The notes under the pieces were generated by a model. That model worked only from the letters and a program-made list of their open reading frames with translations. It was not told the DNA's origin and ran no database searches. Below, piece after piece: positions 24,442 to 36,960 of a stretch of 64,000 bases of DNA. This stretch comes from Harriotta raleighana (taxonomy: Eukaryota). Position 1 is the stretch's first letter; every line of letters starts with the position of its first letter. A program made the translations under genes and the position numbers. Location: assembly GCA_050575255.1 (NCBI GenBank), contig JBNZDD010013687.1, forward strand, positions 4,512,082 to 4,576,081. The letters run 5' to 3'.

Positions 24442-26204
24442 AGACATCCTGGCTCATTGTGTAATCAAGCTTTATTGACCCAATGAGAGAGCGTGTGTAA
24501 TTTTTTTGGGGGAGTTTCCCCTCATAGTAGAATCTCTGTGGAAGAGATTGACAAGTCTGATTTTTTTGGTTGACACAAAGTACATCATAAGAAGATGAAG
24601 CCAAGGAAATTGAATTCTGAAAGAAACCGCTCCTGCTCCATAGCTGAGAAATGTCTATTTTCAGGACAGGGTATTCCAGATCTGGGAAGTGCCTCCTCCT
24701 TGTATGGTTGCTAGGTGCTGTGACATTGTTGAGCTCCCTAACGACACTGTCCTGATGTACATTCGCTTTAGAGCCAGTGTTTCAGTTCTTTGTCTTACTG
24801 TGAAGCTGATGCAACACAATACCATCTCTTGAGCACTCTGTTTCCATGAAAGTAACACAATTGGAAGCTGTATTGAACTGGGCATGTGTACACTGGGATT
24901 TGTTTTAACATACTAGAATTATTCTTATAGAAAAATCCTAATGAAGTATGACATTGGCATTACTTCCAATGTATAATGATGAGGATTGTAATTTCTGCCA
25001 CTGATATCAAATCTTTCAAGTTGGAGGACTACTCAAAGCATTCAATGGATCCCCTGTAAAGTGCAGTGACTACATTTTGTAGGTGAAAGTGGCCGCCAAT
25101 TTGCACCCAGTAATGCCCCTCAAACAGCCATGAATTTAATTAATTTTATCATTGGCCTGGCCACTGAAGGTCATCCTCAAACATGCATTGTCCTACATTT
25201 CTCCTAAACTCTACAAATTTGATATCTCTTTTATTAATATATGGTGGTAGGAGATGTTACTGCTATGCAATGGAACATTTGCCCCATTTCAGATGACTAG
25301 TATTAACCAATCACTCCCGGTAAGGTATATTATACAGTAGCTAGATGAAAAATATAATGTTGATATTACTGGTATATATAGTATTGGTATCCCTCTAAAT
25401 GCCCTCGCCAGTTTGAGTACCACAGTTTGTTGAATGAAATCTCACCAGTCAAATTCCCATCAAGAACTGAGTTTCAACCAGTATGAACCAGTACCAGTAA
25501 CTTGTCTCTATTCGGATCGCCCGAGTGCACACCGAATGCCAGTAACATAGGAAGCTCGAACACACCAGTGTTGTATTATGCGGTGAAGGTGAGTCTTATT
25601 CGTCCAAGGCCACCACTGTAAATGCATCTGAACACGCAACAGAAATCAATAGGCAATATCCCAATAAGAATTCAAGTCAACAACAAAATTACATTTGTGT
25701 AGCCCTGCTCATGCCGGATAAGTTGTAGGCAACAGTTAACGTTTACGTGAGGTAATGCAACTACATTCTTACATACATACATACATACATACAGAATGTC
25801 CGTTAAAACGGTTCATATTAATTATAGTTTTTAAGAGTTTGTTCCGTGCGGTTGCAGTAATCTTATAGCTTTGGGTTATCATAAAAAATGATTTAGTGCA
25901 CGCCTTCTGATTCACAAAAATTGCAGTTCAAAAAGAGGAATTATGTGATATAGCCTTCCTTTAAAATCTGCTGTCACTCGCTCTGTACAGTATATGGGAG
26001 TATATGGGAGCATTCTCTGCTTTACCCAATCCATTCATTCAGAGCGATCTAAAGACTGGATGCATCGTTTCTTTCAGGTTGTAGATTCGTTTTGCATTTC
26101 AATACCATTCGCATGGACGTGGACATTCAGTAAGAAGCGACAGAATTTGACCATTAAATTCCAAGTTTTATTGTGTGTGTATCTAAATCAATTCCCACTA
26201 CTGT

Positions 26205-26345
26205 TTGCTTTGGACTTACTGGCTTTTGGCAATTCGCCAGGCAGACAGAAAAAGCTTCTTGTGAGGGGGAGGACACCAGGCACAGATAAGATCACGATGC
26301 TCTTTAATTAGACGGTCAAGTCTCCGCGGGAGATTACTTCCCATG
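26205..26345. promoter_or_regulatory. CNE-like block about 4 kb upstream of nkx2.9
   Basis: GC-richer unique island with AGATAAG (GATA) and TTAATTAG (homeodomain) motifs. Conservation not verified. Confidence 0.3.
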
Positions 26346-28979
26346 TATCAGTTAACGTTTGTTGTCAAAGCGTTTGCTTGTATCTTCAACACGGTCATTT
26401 TCATGATGCATACACGAGATTGCAGGTTACTCCTGTAATAAAAGTGTGGTGCACGGTATATTTCTATGACTTTACTGCATCACGGTTCGCATTTTTGTTT
26501 TGCTTTGATTGTTTATATGTATTGACTTCTGTCATTAATAAAAACACTAACCGCCAAACTCTGCACTGAGAAACGTATCTGAACATGGACCCATGTTTAC
26601 TCCAGCTCTCCATACATTGTAACTGAACGCAACTTTCTTAAGGAGTCAGTTCAATGCCTTGTTCTATTTTAATAGCTCCTGGACGAGATGGCACGAAGCC
26701 ATCCCAGTCACCGTTGGTACATGATAGTTTCCTGATTTATTGTACTATTGCCAAACTTAAAACGTATCCTACAACATTTTTGGTGCAAACTCTTAGATTT
26801 CTGATCTCAATTATTAGGCAAGAAATGCAATGCAGTACTGTCATCTTCCATTTAATCTCTTCTAAATTTAAATACTTGTACATTTCACATTTCTTTCAGC
26901 TTGTGTTATGGATCAATTGTTTGCTGAATGCCTCTCGGTTGTGTTTGGCGAATCGGACTGATGATAACTTGGTGTCAATGTAACTTACCTGACGATTCTA
27001 AAGTTTGACTTTATTACCTAATAAACTTGTACGAGATTTGTTAAACATCCCGAGAAGTACATGTATGAAGACTATTGCTAAATATTTCTGTCAGCCAAAT
27101 ACTTGAGCTATTGTTTTTCAAAATGGAACTTGTAATTCAGTTACAAAAAGTCTTATGTAAAATTGGCTGCATAAGCTCTAGATTTGATTATCATAGAAAT
27201 GTGTGCATTTGATAGATTTAGTGTATGTTTGATAAAAAATAGCATTTAAACTCATGAGTTTTTTTTGTTTAAAAATGACTCAAAGTTACATTACCCCCAG
27301 CCATTTGCATTACAATAGTTTAGCGAATTACAGGCAGGAAATCATGTAATGATATAGCGAAAATTTCGCAAGGTTTAGCGATACACTTCAAATCGATCCA
27401 TTATGATATTTAGTTGACAGACGCTTACATTATTTAACTGCAAGAGTTATTTATATTTGAGAAAATATACAAGTAATTTACTTTTGATTTTTACACCAAG
27501 TATATTTGTGGCTATTACAATATTTAACTGGTATACATTGCAACATAAGTTTTTTTTTAAATTGATTGACAGGGATATATTTGGATATATAAAATAACCT
27601 AATATTAGCCATGTGTAAATGAATAATAATTAAAAAAAACATTTTAATAAAGGAAGGAAGAACTGCGATCTCAACTTGGAAATGGAACAATTAATTATGC
27701 ATTGGAATGGAATGAAATATGTAATCGGTAAAATGTAGGGGTACCTAAAGTAACCTTAATTGTTGGTGATTATGCCTCCGCATTATCGAACCTACCAAAA
27801 TAATATTTATTTAAAATGCACTTTAATCCATTTGCTATCAAATTATCTCCAAGTCGTAAAGTATTCATGCGTCCACCATTAGCTGAAATCTGTTAGAAGT
27901 GAGAGCAAATATTTGATGCTGAAGTGCCCTTAAGCGTATAAGTGCATCTGTTTACTTATTTCTGCACATGGTTGTAGTCTCTAGATTTTAAATAGATTAA
28001 GGGGGCTACAAGAGGTCATTGAAGCTGTGAATTTCTTCCACTGTGTATGGCTTTTCGTCCTGAAAAGTAAATCACGTCCTTTTAACTATTCCTGGTAAAT
28101 TTAGCCAACAACATATTTAAGGTACTGTTTTGCATTCTGTAATTTAAGAAAAAAAACTAACAGGTAAATTAAGAAGTGGAGTTAAGAGCACTTTGTCTAT
28201 TACTTCTGAAAAGCAATGATAAACACAGTAAGCATTCCTTCATTTTCTCATCACTAGAGAATTGGGTTTGTAGTAAACGATATTCATAATTTTTACCCTA
28301 TTCTTCCTTTTAAAAAATTTGTTTCTCTTTTATTTAGTTCCAACGTTAATGTATCTGTTGCTAACTTGAAAGACAATGGTATAGTATAACAATTGTGCAA
28401 TAAGCGTGATTCACATTTCATTCAATTGATCTACCAGCAATAAAATAGCTGAATAGTGACCTTTTAGAATAACGATAACCTTTTGAACTAGGCAATTAGT
28501 TTTCAAACAATAATTTCTATATTGCACCTAATAATTATTCTTATTTAATACCCTGTCTACAGTTGGAAGCAAATTCTGAAATCTTTGATCTTTTCAAATC
28601 TAGAAAATTGCATTCCATATATTGTATGCATTACATTTTGGGGGGAAAGTGGAAAAAACATTGAATCTGTTCTGGACATATTAACTCTTCTTTCGCGTAA
28701 GACTGAATAACCCCTCAATATTGCATTTAAGAAATCCTATTTGATTAGAAAAGATATAACCAATAACTTGTTATGCACTTGGCTGCATTGGACGTGAAGC
28801 GGAGTCGATAGCAGGCCAAATCCCTTTTAATGCCATTGAAAACCATGACAACAAGGAACAAACTCGGATTTATCCCAAAAAGTTAAAGCGCATTGTGCGA
28901 AGGCGTCAATCATCTATTATTTCATGACTGAACAAATGCAAAATCTTGACTGGAACAAATGCTTCCAACAGGTCCAGGA

Positions 28980-29130
28980 CGTTGGTCTACATTTCCTCTT
29001 TTGTTTGCAGCCTAGCAGTTGGCATGTATTTGTGTTCTCCCAGCATCGACCACCCAGTATGTTGTGAGGAAGTTTGTGAAGCATGCAGCTCGGTCACACA
29101 GGCACGCTTGATAGGTGGCACGAATAGACA
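28980..29130. promoter_or_regulatory. Candidate Hedgehog-responsive enhancer of nkx2.9 with a consensus GLI site
   Basis: Exact GACCACCCA at 29048-29056, 1.2 kb upstream of the ATG, with FOX-like TGTTTGC nearby. Nkx2.9 is an established Shh/GLI target in the ventral neural tube. Confidence 0.7.
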
Positions 29131-29644
29131 TGGCATGGGAATCTTTGCATGAAGATTACCTACAGACGTTTGCAGGGGAAAAAATGGTCAGATTAAAAAA
29201 AAGTAGTTTCCAAGGGACATCCATAAATAATTAGTACACGATTTTAGTCTGTCGGTAAATTTATGACGCAATGCTAAAGGTCTCAAACAAACAACTGCAA
29301 AAGTTTTCTGATAAAACGTTTACATCACAGTTTTCTTAACTACGGTATATTTTACAACAGTGCATCAAAGTAATTAACATCCAGGGAATAAAACGGAACG
29401 GATAAGTGCCAGCGAAACCCATGTCATTTTTTTTGTAGCTTTCTGTTCTGGTGGTCAGTTCACTGTCTTAGAACAAACTATCACAGGATTCCCTCATAAA
29501 CGTTGGCTGCAAATAGATACTTTCCACCCATTGGAACTGTGCAACTGCTGTCATTAGAATTAATTGGAGGAAGAAAACCTATTTACAGTACAAGTTTTAC
29601 AAAGCGAGTTTGACACAGTTGAACTTCTAATGTTTTTGCAATTA

Positions 29645-30095
29645 AAGACAACCTGCGGCAAGTGCAGCCTGTAACCATTTACATTGAATAATCTGTCCCC
29701 AGCACAGCGATTAGCAAATGAATAATAAATTAAACGGCAGAAACCTGCCACTGCTTCTTTGCTTTGTATGCAAATAATGACGGGGGGTGGGGGGGGGGTG
29801 GGGGGGGGAGGGTTGTGGTCACCACTCACCACCCAAGATGTAATTCACTAATTCACTAACACAATTACCATTATCTGTTCGCCACTTTCTTTGCTAATCA
29901 GACAGAATGTGTAATGATAAAGGCTGTTTCCTGCTGTCATTGGGAAGTACCGGGTTATTCTGTGGTGAGGTTACCCCAACTCACATTAATGCCTTGGCAC
30001 TTGACTAATGCAGGTACTTAGTATCCTGTGGTCAGGCACGATCTGAAAGTTGCGAGTGTTTGCGGTGGAAAGGACTGTTTGTATAAACATTGGGT
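29645..30095 (+). promoter_or_regulatory. nkx2.9 proximal promoter/enhancer
   Basis: SOX-like CTTTGT (29762-29767) abutting octamer ATGCAAAT (29768-29775), GLI-like CACCACCCA (29827-29835), repeated TAATTCAC, NK2 site CACTTGA (29998-30004) and TATAAA (30082-30087). Confidence 0.6.
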
Positions 30096-30257
30096 GCTCT
30101 CTGTAAAAGACACTAATATTTCGGTATTATCTAACAGCGAGAATACCGCAACACATTTTTTTTCACCTGAAAAAATCGGTATTCACGTTACTCATCAAGT
30201 AACTTGTCACTTTTTCCACCCTGGAGAAATTCACCGAGGGTCTGATAACCTGTAAAC

Positions 30258-30471
30258 ATGTCGATATTTAAGACAAGTTTTACAGTAAGGAGCATTTTAG
30301 ACTTACCCGATCAACGCGAAGTGGGTCGTCTATCTATCAATCGGCAATGCATTCGTGGAGAAGAGAAAGCAATTGAACATTCTGCCATTAAACAAGAAGA
30401 ACTGGACAAACATTCACATCGTGACCATCTCAAATCATCTTACCCGGGGTGGCTTGACTCTGACCGAATGT
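30258..30471 (+). CDS. NKX2-8: NKX2-8 (nkx2.9) exon 1
   Basis: MSIFKTSFTVRSILDLP contains the TN/eh1 motif of NKX2-2/2-8 type. Donor ATGT|gtaagt at 30471/30472, phase 1. Confidence 0.9.
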
Positions 30472-30586
30472 GTAAGTAACCCAGCTCCATTCTTGTCTTC
30501 ACACTGAGATCCGCCGCTCCAGCCACCCCAGCCAAACCATCTTAAAGTTTGAGGTAATCTTAAGAAATCTTTGTTTTTTCTTGTAG

Positions 30587-31128
30587 CATCGGACGAAAGC
30601 AGCACAGACATGGTTCCAGCGAATTGCATCCCAAGGAGAGATCCTGCCTCCATCGCTGGGAACGAGAAGAAGAAAAAACGACGAGTTTTGTTCTCCAAGG
30701 CACAGACCTTTGAGCTGGAGCGAAGATTCCGACAGCAACGCTACCTGTCAGCTCCTGAACGCGAACACCTCGCCCATCTGTTGAGTCTAACCCCGACCCA
30801 GGTGAAGATCTGGTTCCAGAACCACAGGTATAAAATAAAGAGAGCCCGAGTGGATGGGACCCTAGAGAGAGACGCCAACCAGTCTTCATTCGTCCGCAGA
30901 GTGGCAGTGCCAGTGCTGATCAGAGATGGAAAACCTTGTCACACTTGCTCCATCACCTCCGTAAAACTCCAGGACAAGCCAAGCAGCACTGACCAACCCA
31001 GTAGTTCCTACGCAGCCTTTACACTCCACGGTTTTCAACACATACAACATTCTGCACCATTTGGCATCTTCCATGGCTACCAACACTTAACGCATCCTGC
31101 AATGCAAAGACAGCAGTGGAACTGGTGA
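30587..31128 (+). CDS. NKX2-8: NKX2-8 (nkx2.9) exon 2: homeodomain and NK2-specific domain
   Basis: Acceptor ttttttcttgtag|CA. Homeodomain [55 protein letters not shown] with Y54, NK2-[17 protein letters not shown] and C-terminal WNW. Position between PAX9 and NKX2-1 distinguishes it from NKX2-2. Joined CDS is 756 nt (251 aa). Confidence 0.93.
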
Positions 31129-31506
31129 ATGAATCCAGGACCTTTTGAACTCTAATAAATGATGCTAATATTTGATGTGCAGAATCATGACTTGATGCTT
31201 TGGTGAGTTCATGGGTAGTTGGCTTGTCTGGCGGAATTGCATATGCTGCTGTTTTTTGTTGCATGTAATCAGGGTTTCTAGACCACTAAAGTGACTTTGA
31301 TTAGTGCTTGGGATGTCACCGATTTCTTGATAACGTGCAAGTGTCGTCTTCCAGATTTGCTGAGAAATAACTCAACTGAAAGCTTTTGGGATATAACCTA
31401 AGCTACAAACTCTAAACTATATGACTGCACGTTTTCTTACAGTACGGAGAAGGACATCAAACAATAGTTTGTTACTTCTGTTCATCTGTAATTTCATGTC
31501 TGTGGA

Positions 31507-31512
31507 AATAAA
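31507..31512 (+). terminator. Candidate polyadenylation signal of nkx2.9 (alternative at 31154-31159)
   Basis: AATAAA about 380 bp after the stop, followed by T-rich sequence. Confidence 0.45.
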
Positions 31513-34500
31513 GCTGCAATAAGTTACTTTACAAATGAAATAATTGTATTTCGAGTTTTTGAAATTATGTACCAAATACACTGCATTGATACGAATGTCG
31601 TATTTGTACTCTGAAAATATTAGATTTTACGGTTATTTGTATTAATATATTAGTAATGATTAAAATGAATTACAATTTTTATAGTTTGGTTTTCTCAATA
31701 TTAAAAACTAGGTTATATTTATCATTCCTTCTTTTCAATGGAGATGATAGATTGATTAGTCTGTCTATGTTCACTGCTGCTCAAGCGAAAGATTTTTTCT
31801 GATGTTTTACGTTGAAATAATCAATGCTTTTAATTCAAATTCTGAAACAAATGTGTTTTATGCACACTAATTGATTGGAAATTGATAGATAAAGGCTATA
31901 GGAAGAAATTCTCTACTGTTTACTGAAACCCACCAATACCAATAATAGAGGATTAATATATTTCACAGGGGAAATTAAATTAAACGTAAGGAAAATAATC
32001 GGTATCAATTTAAAACAGAGCAACAGTTACGCTCTTATTAAAAACAAAACGGAGTAAAGTTATACCTACACATACATTGCAGTGCATTAGTAATGCGAAT
32101 GGATGCTGCTAGATTGAATCAATTCCTGTAATAAAATTGTGATCTTATCACATTGTAGAAGAGGAATAACCATCTTTTCATATTGATATTAAATAGATAT
32201 GGAACTGTCTAGATGAACGGCTCGCTCTTGTCCTTGAGCAAAACGATTAATATTTTCTCTTCCCCTTGAGTGGCAAGAAAAATTAACTGTGAACGTTAAA
32301 TGCATTGTCACGTATATGTCCATAATATCCCGAGGTGACTCCACTTTGTTGATAGACAGCTATTGATCATTCCTAGTTTCTGGCTTTGGAAATAAACAAA
32401 GAAACTGGATGGATGCATAAGTTTCGTGTTCGTTTTACATTTTGTATTTGTGGCCCTTGATAGTCTTTGCTAATCTTGACTCCAACTGCCTTGTTACACA
32501 ATCTGTATATTTTACGTAAACATTGTACATAATTGTATAATTCTACAAGTATGAAAAACATAAGATTGGGATAATAGACAGTTATTTGGTTTCAGTAATA
32601 TCCCAATTATATATTGTTCAGTTTGTGTTTATGGGGCCTTGAATTGTTTGAAGATGTTTACCTTTAATATGTTGTTGGCTACGTTTGAGATATGAGTGAA
32701 TACATCTCCATATTGTTTAGAAATATATTTTGTATTCCGCCACAACTTCCTCAATGCTTCTTGGACACCATTAAAGGAATATTTTAAGTATTTGATTTCC
32801 TTATACAGTACTGTCATTTAGTTGTAAAACTCGCATATCATTATGTAACTTGTAAATACGGAATTCACTGCGTAAGTTGTGTTCTTCTAAGCACTCGTTA
32901 CCGAGGTAATGGTCACATTTTATAACGACAAAGTACCAATTTGAATTCTCGTTCCTGTATAAAAGTGTTTAAATAGAATGTGAATCGCTCACACTAACAC
33001 ACAACTACTCTGTGAATCCCTACGGAATACCCTGCGTCTTATTTGACCATAAACAAAAGATTCACTCAGAGCAAGTTTGGGATGATTGTTGTTTAAAGTT
33101 CGGAGGCAAGTTGTGACAGCCGAAATAAGGAGGAAATGAATAAAATTTAGACCAATTCAAAGATAGGCTATCCATCATTTTATAGTGAATAAGAATTCAG
33201 AGCCATCCATCATCCAAAGGTTTATTTTTCATCTTTAAACGGTAAATGGAAACAAATATAAATGTATTTATTAATGACTCAATACTCTTCTTTTCCAACT
33301 CAGTATCTTAAACTCAAAACGATACAAGGACCTCGCCATTATTCTCATACGCGTTGACTGTATTTCTTTTAATTGTAAGAGACCTGTGAGGTACGTTGAT
33401 GTATAGAATTATTTCGAGTGGAAAACTTGATGTGTGCTGAATATTAAGATAGTTTTATATGCTGCCTTTAGCTGTGATGTTCGAGATATAAGCAATCTTT
33501 TCCAACATGTATAGCTTGAAATGCAATGGTTGATTAAACGATGAGAATGTTTAAAAAGACGACAAAGATCTACATTGAAGTATAAGTTATAATTCCTTGT
33601 ATGGCAGAACTTTTAAATAATGGAGTTTACATATTCATCAAGGAAATCCGTGTCAGAGTAAGAGCAGCGTGTGATTAAATGTGCGTTTAAATGCTAATAA
33701 TCAATTTAGAGCTAAATGTTTACATTCATTGAGCTTTTAATATTACTTCAGAACATAGTTTGCATTTTTTTAAAAGAAAACTTTTTGTTTTGCCAAGTAA
33801 GTACATTCGGCATTCAACTGAACATATTTAAACAGTATCACTGCTCACAAAGTTGTAGTTTGTCTCAAGAGCAAAAATGGGTGAGTTGTGTTTTTCTAAG
33901 CACACATTTAAATATTCAAGGTTTCTACGTTGTGGTAATAAAAGTTCATTATGCATTACAAAACTGATCGTGACAAACGATAAGAGTTTCTCTGTGCTAA
34001 TTTAAATATTTCCAATATTATATTGAACCCCTAAAGTATGGGATCAATGTTTCAAAAAGCCACCCGAACGGCCTATTCTCCAATTGCATATTTAATAAGT
34101 ATCTTAGGAAACGCACAACGCTACGATTGTTTCAAAGAATCATGGCACATTTAGAAAACTGACAACATACACTCTCGCCAGATCTCATCAAGAATCATAG
34201 CAAGTCTTGGATCTCACTGTGTATGTATTGGGGGAGATGTTAAGCAGTTTATATCCGCACAATAAGTATTTTTAAAAAACGGTAAAAGGGAAGGAGAGAG
34301 AAAGAGAAAGTGAAATGTAGGAGGCGTACATTTTGATGAACGTTGCTGCGTGTCTCGACCCTATGTTGTCTTTGCTGCCTGTTGGGCAGGAGATGGGGCT
34401 GGCACCGTCACCTGGGCTCTTTGTCTCAGCTGATGTCCTCCGTGTATTCCATATGGATGTAGCTAGCCTCAGAGAATCTCCAACAGAATCACCATTTAAA

Positions 34501-35050
34501 CCCTCTTTGTGTACTGGGCTGAAAGGACTATTGTCGGATGTGAATAGGATGCAGACAAATTCCGCAGTGTTTCAATTCACAACTTTTTAATCAGTCCCTG
34601 GTGACAATTTTATGGTTTAGGGGAGGGCACAATAGCATCTTTTAAAACATTGTAACCTTCATGAAAACAAAGGACATGATTTTGATGAGATCACAATAAC
34701 TTTTCTGGAACTGGGTGATCTTGTTAACACATTACGGTGTTTCAAAGGAGCTTTAACAGATCCATTAATATAAGTTGGTTCAACAACTGACGTTTTCATC
34801 ATGCAAATAAATGTATCACTGCTTCGATTCTTACTGTTCTAATTCCGACTATTTCCCTTTATGCGTTCGTACCACTGAGCTTTCAATATAAACAAATAAC
34901 GCACTCAATCACAATCAAGCTACTAGGATTTTTAAAGAATGTAAAAATATATTTCAGGATTTTTGCTTATTTCTTCATGTTCCTTTGACTAAAACTATAA
35001 AACTGTTCCTTACTTTAAAAAAAAAATTGCACTGGCCCAATTTCTTAGTT

Positions 35051-35408
35051 TATAATAATAATAATCCGTGTATTTGATATAGCAATTTATCACGTTTTTG
35101 AGTCATCTCAAAGTGCTTCACAGAATATACTTCAGAGTGAATTGATTGTACTTTGTGGGCAAAACGCAGAAGCCACTTATGCACAGCAGTGTCCCACTTA
35201 ACAGTCGTGGATTGATTGACCAATTTTATCATTTTTTTAAGGAATTATTATCCTGGAAAAGCCATCCCCCAAACAATTAACAACTGGATTCCGACTTACT
35301 GATAGATAAACAGAGGCCTGTAAAGTAAGGAAACTTACCCAACGACAGATTGCCGGGAATCAAACCCAATCAAGGCGAGTGCTCTAACACTGAGCTACAG
35401 GACTCCAC
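35051..35408 (-). mobile_element. Full-length diverged tRNA-SINE
   Basis: Reverse-complement tail (AAT)n, core, and head AAGGCGAGTGCTCTAACACTGAGCTACAGGACTCCAC. Confidence 0.88.
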
Positions 35409-35411
35409 AGT

Positions 35412-35645
35412 TAATAATAATTATTATTGTTGCATTTGATATAGCACTTTTCACATCTTCTAGATATCTCAAAGCACTTCATAGAGTATTGTGTAAAGTT
35501 AATTGACTATATATGTGGGTGAAATATGACAACCAAATTGTGCACAGTGGTGTCCCACAAACAGTCATGGATTGAAATGACCAATTTATTGTTGGGTTTT
35601 TTTGAGGGATTATTGTTAGGCAGAGTAAGGATATTTATCCAAGCT
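35412..35645 (-). mobile_element. Second, 5'-truncated SINE directly adjacent to the first
   Basis: TTGCATTTGATATAGCACTTTTCACATCTTCTAGA tail and GTGTCCCACAAACAGTCATGGATTGAAATGACC core. Confidence 0.88.
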
Positions 35646-36679
35646 TTGATACAATTTAATCTGAATTGATAGAGTTATCCTATCTGTACCTTTGAATATT
35701 GTATTTTATATACGCCAATGAAGTCTTCTTTGAACTGGCTTCTTTCTGGATTATACAGATTAGGGGTGAAATTCTTCCCCTTCTAAATCAATGCTGAAAA
35801 TTTTCTGTGATAAGCTTTTCCAGTACTTCAACCTCTTTAAATCATGAGTCAGAGTTATTCCTTCTCCGAGGTCTGGAAAGGTGTTCTATAAATATAAGGC
35901 TGTTGTTGTTGTTATCTGGATCTAGAGAAACTTTTGAAGAGTGGAGCTGGGGAGGATGAGGAGGTGAACTTTGGAAAAATCTAAGCATGGATAAGAGTTT
36001 TTTTCAGCAGCAGTGAGGGCGAGGTAGGAGCATAAGTAGGAAAGGTCCTAGGAGGTAGTCTTGATGATTCATCAGATGTGGTGTTTGAAACTCAATTCAT
36101 CATAAAGCAAGGGCAAAGTTGCACACCTCAACCGATAGAAAGGTTGTACATGTAATGGTGAGGCATCATCAACCCTGTACTCCATTTGTGTTCAGACACA
36201 GTTCATTGTAGAGTCCTGGGATAATCACTGGAGACTTGTACTGTACTATATCCCACCCTTTTGTGTATTTGAAATACAAAATAAAATTACTTTGCCTCAT
36301 TGTCCTTACATGAAAGTAATGAATTTACCTTGCTTCTGGATCCCTTCTCTCAGAATTTCTGTGCAGTAATATTCACTTTATACTTATGATGCCGATATTC
36401 TCACTGGATATCTCACCATAATACTTTTTTAATACACTTTATAAATATATATATTATGCCTGCAGTACATTGGATTTCTTCTTTATGTTTTGTTCCATTC
36501 CATGTCTCTAATTCTCTCTTTATGCTCCATAACAAATATGCCAATTTTGCATTCAAAATGTTTGATAATTTGAAAGAATTACATTATTTTTCCACTATTA
36601 TAAGAGCAAATTATATTGGATTTGCAACAAGCCCAAGAAGAAAACAGTATAGGAAACGTTTGTAAAAAAAAAACATACA

Positions 36680-36960
36680 GTATAATCCTTGCATTAGATA
36701 AAGCACCTTTCATATTTGGAGATTGTCTGACCATGAAACAGAGAGAAACTCTCTCCTTTTTGAGTAATGTCTTGTGAGTTCAATATCAACTTGAATAGGT
36801 CAGCAAGACCTTGCTTTAATGTCTCATCTAATGGATTGCAGCTGTGACAATGTTGCACATCCTTGGCAATGCATTAGGTAGGTGAGTTCAAAGCTGATAT
36901 GGGACTTGAAGCAACAACTTTCTGCCTCAGAGAGATGAGAATGATACCAATTGAGCCAAG
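36680..36960 (-). mobile_element. Old Deu-type SINE relic (resembles the shark SacSINE1 family)
   Basis: TTTAATGTCTCATC...GACAATGTTGCACATCC...TGGGACTTGAAGCAACAACTTTCTGCCTCAGAG...CCAATTGAGCCA resembles, from memory, the reverse complement of the shark Deu-SINE 5' half. An L2-type tail lies at the left end. Confidence 0.6.

Noticed and set aside
30796-30821. 26-nt identity between the nkx2.9 and NKX2-1 homeoboxes (ACCCAGGTGAAGATCTGGTTCCAGAA) as gene conversion
   Set aside because: It encodes the invariant TQVKIWFQN with common codons, and neighbouring synonymous sites differ freely.
30560-30889. Antisense and alternative-frame ORFs over the homeobox and paired-box exons (also 54635-55084, 56072-56599, 1676-2075)
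   Set aside because: These are expected shadows of GC-richer coding sequence with no independent support.
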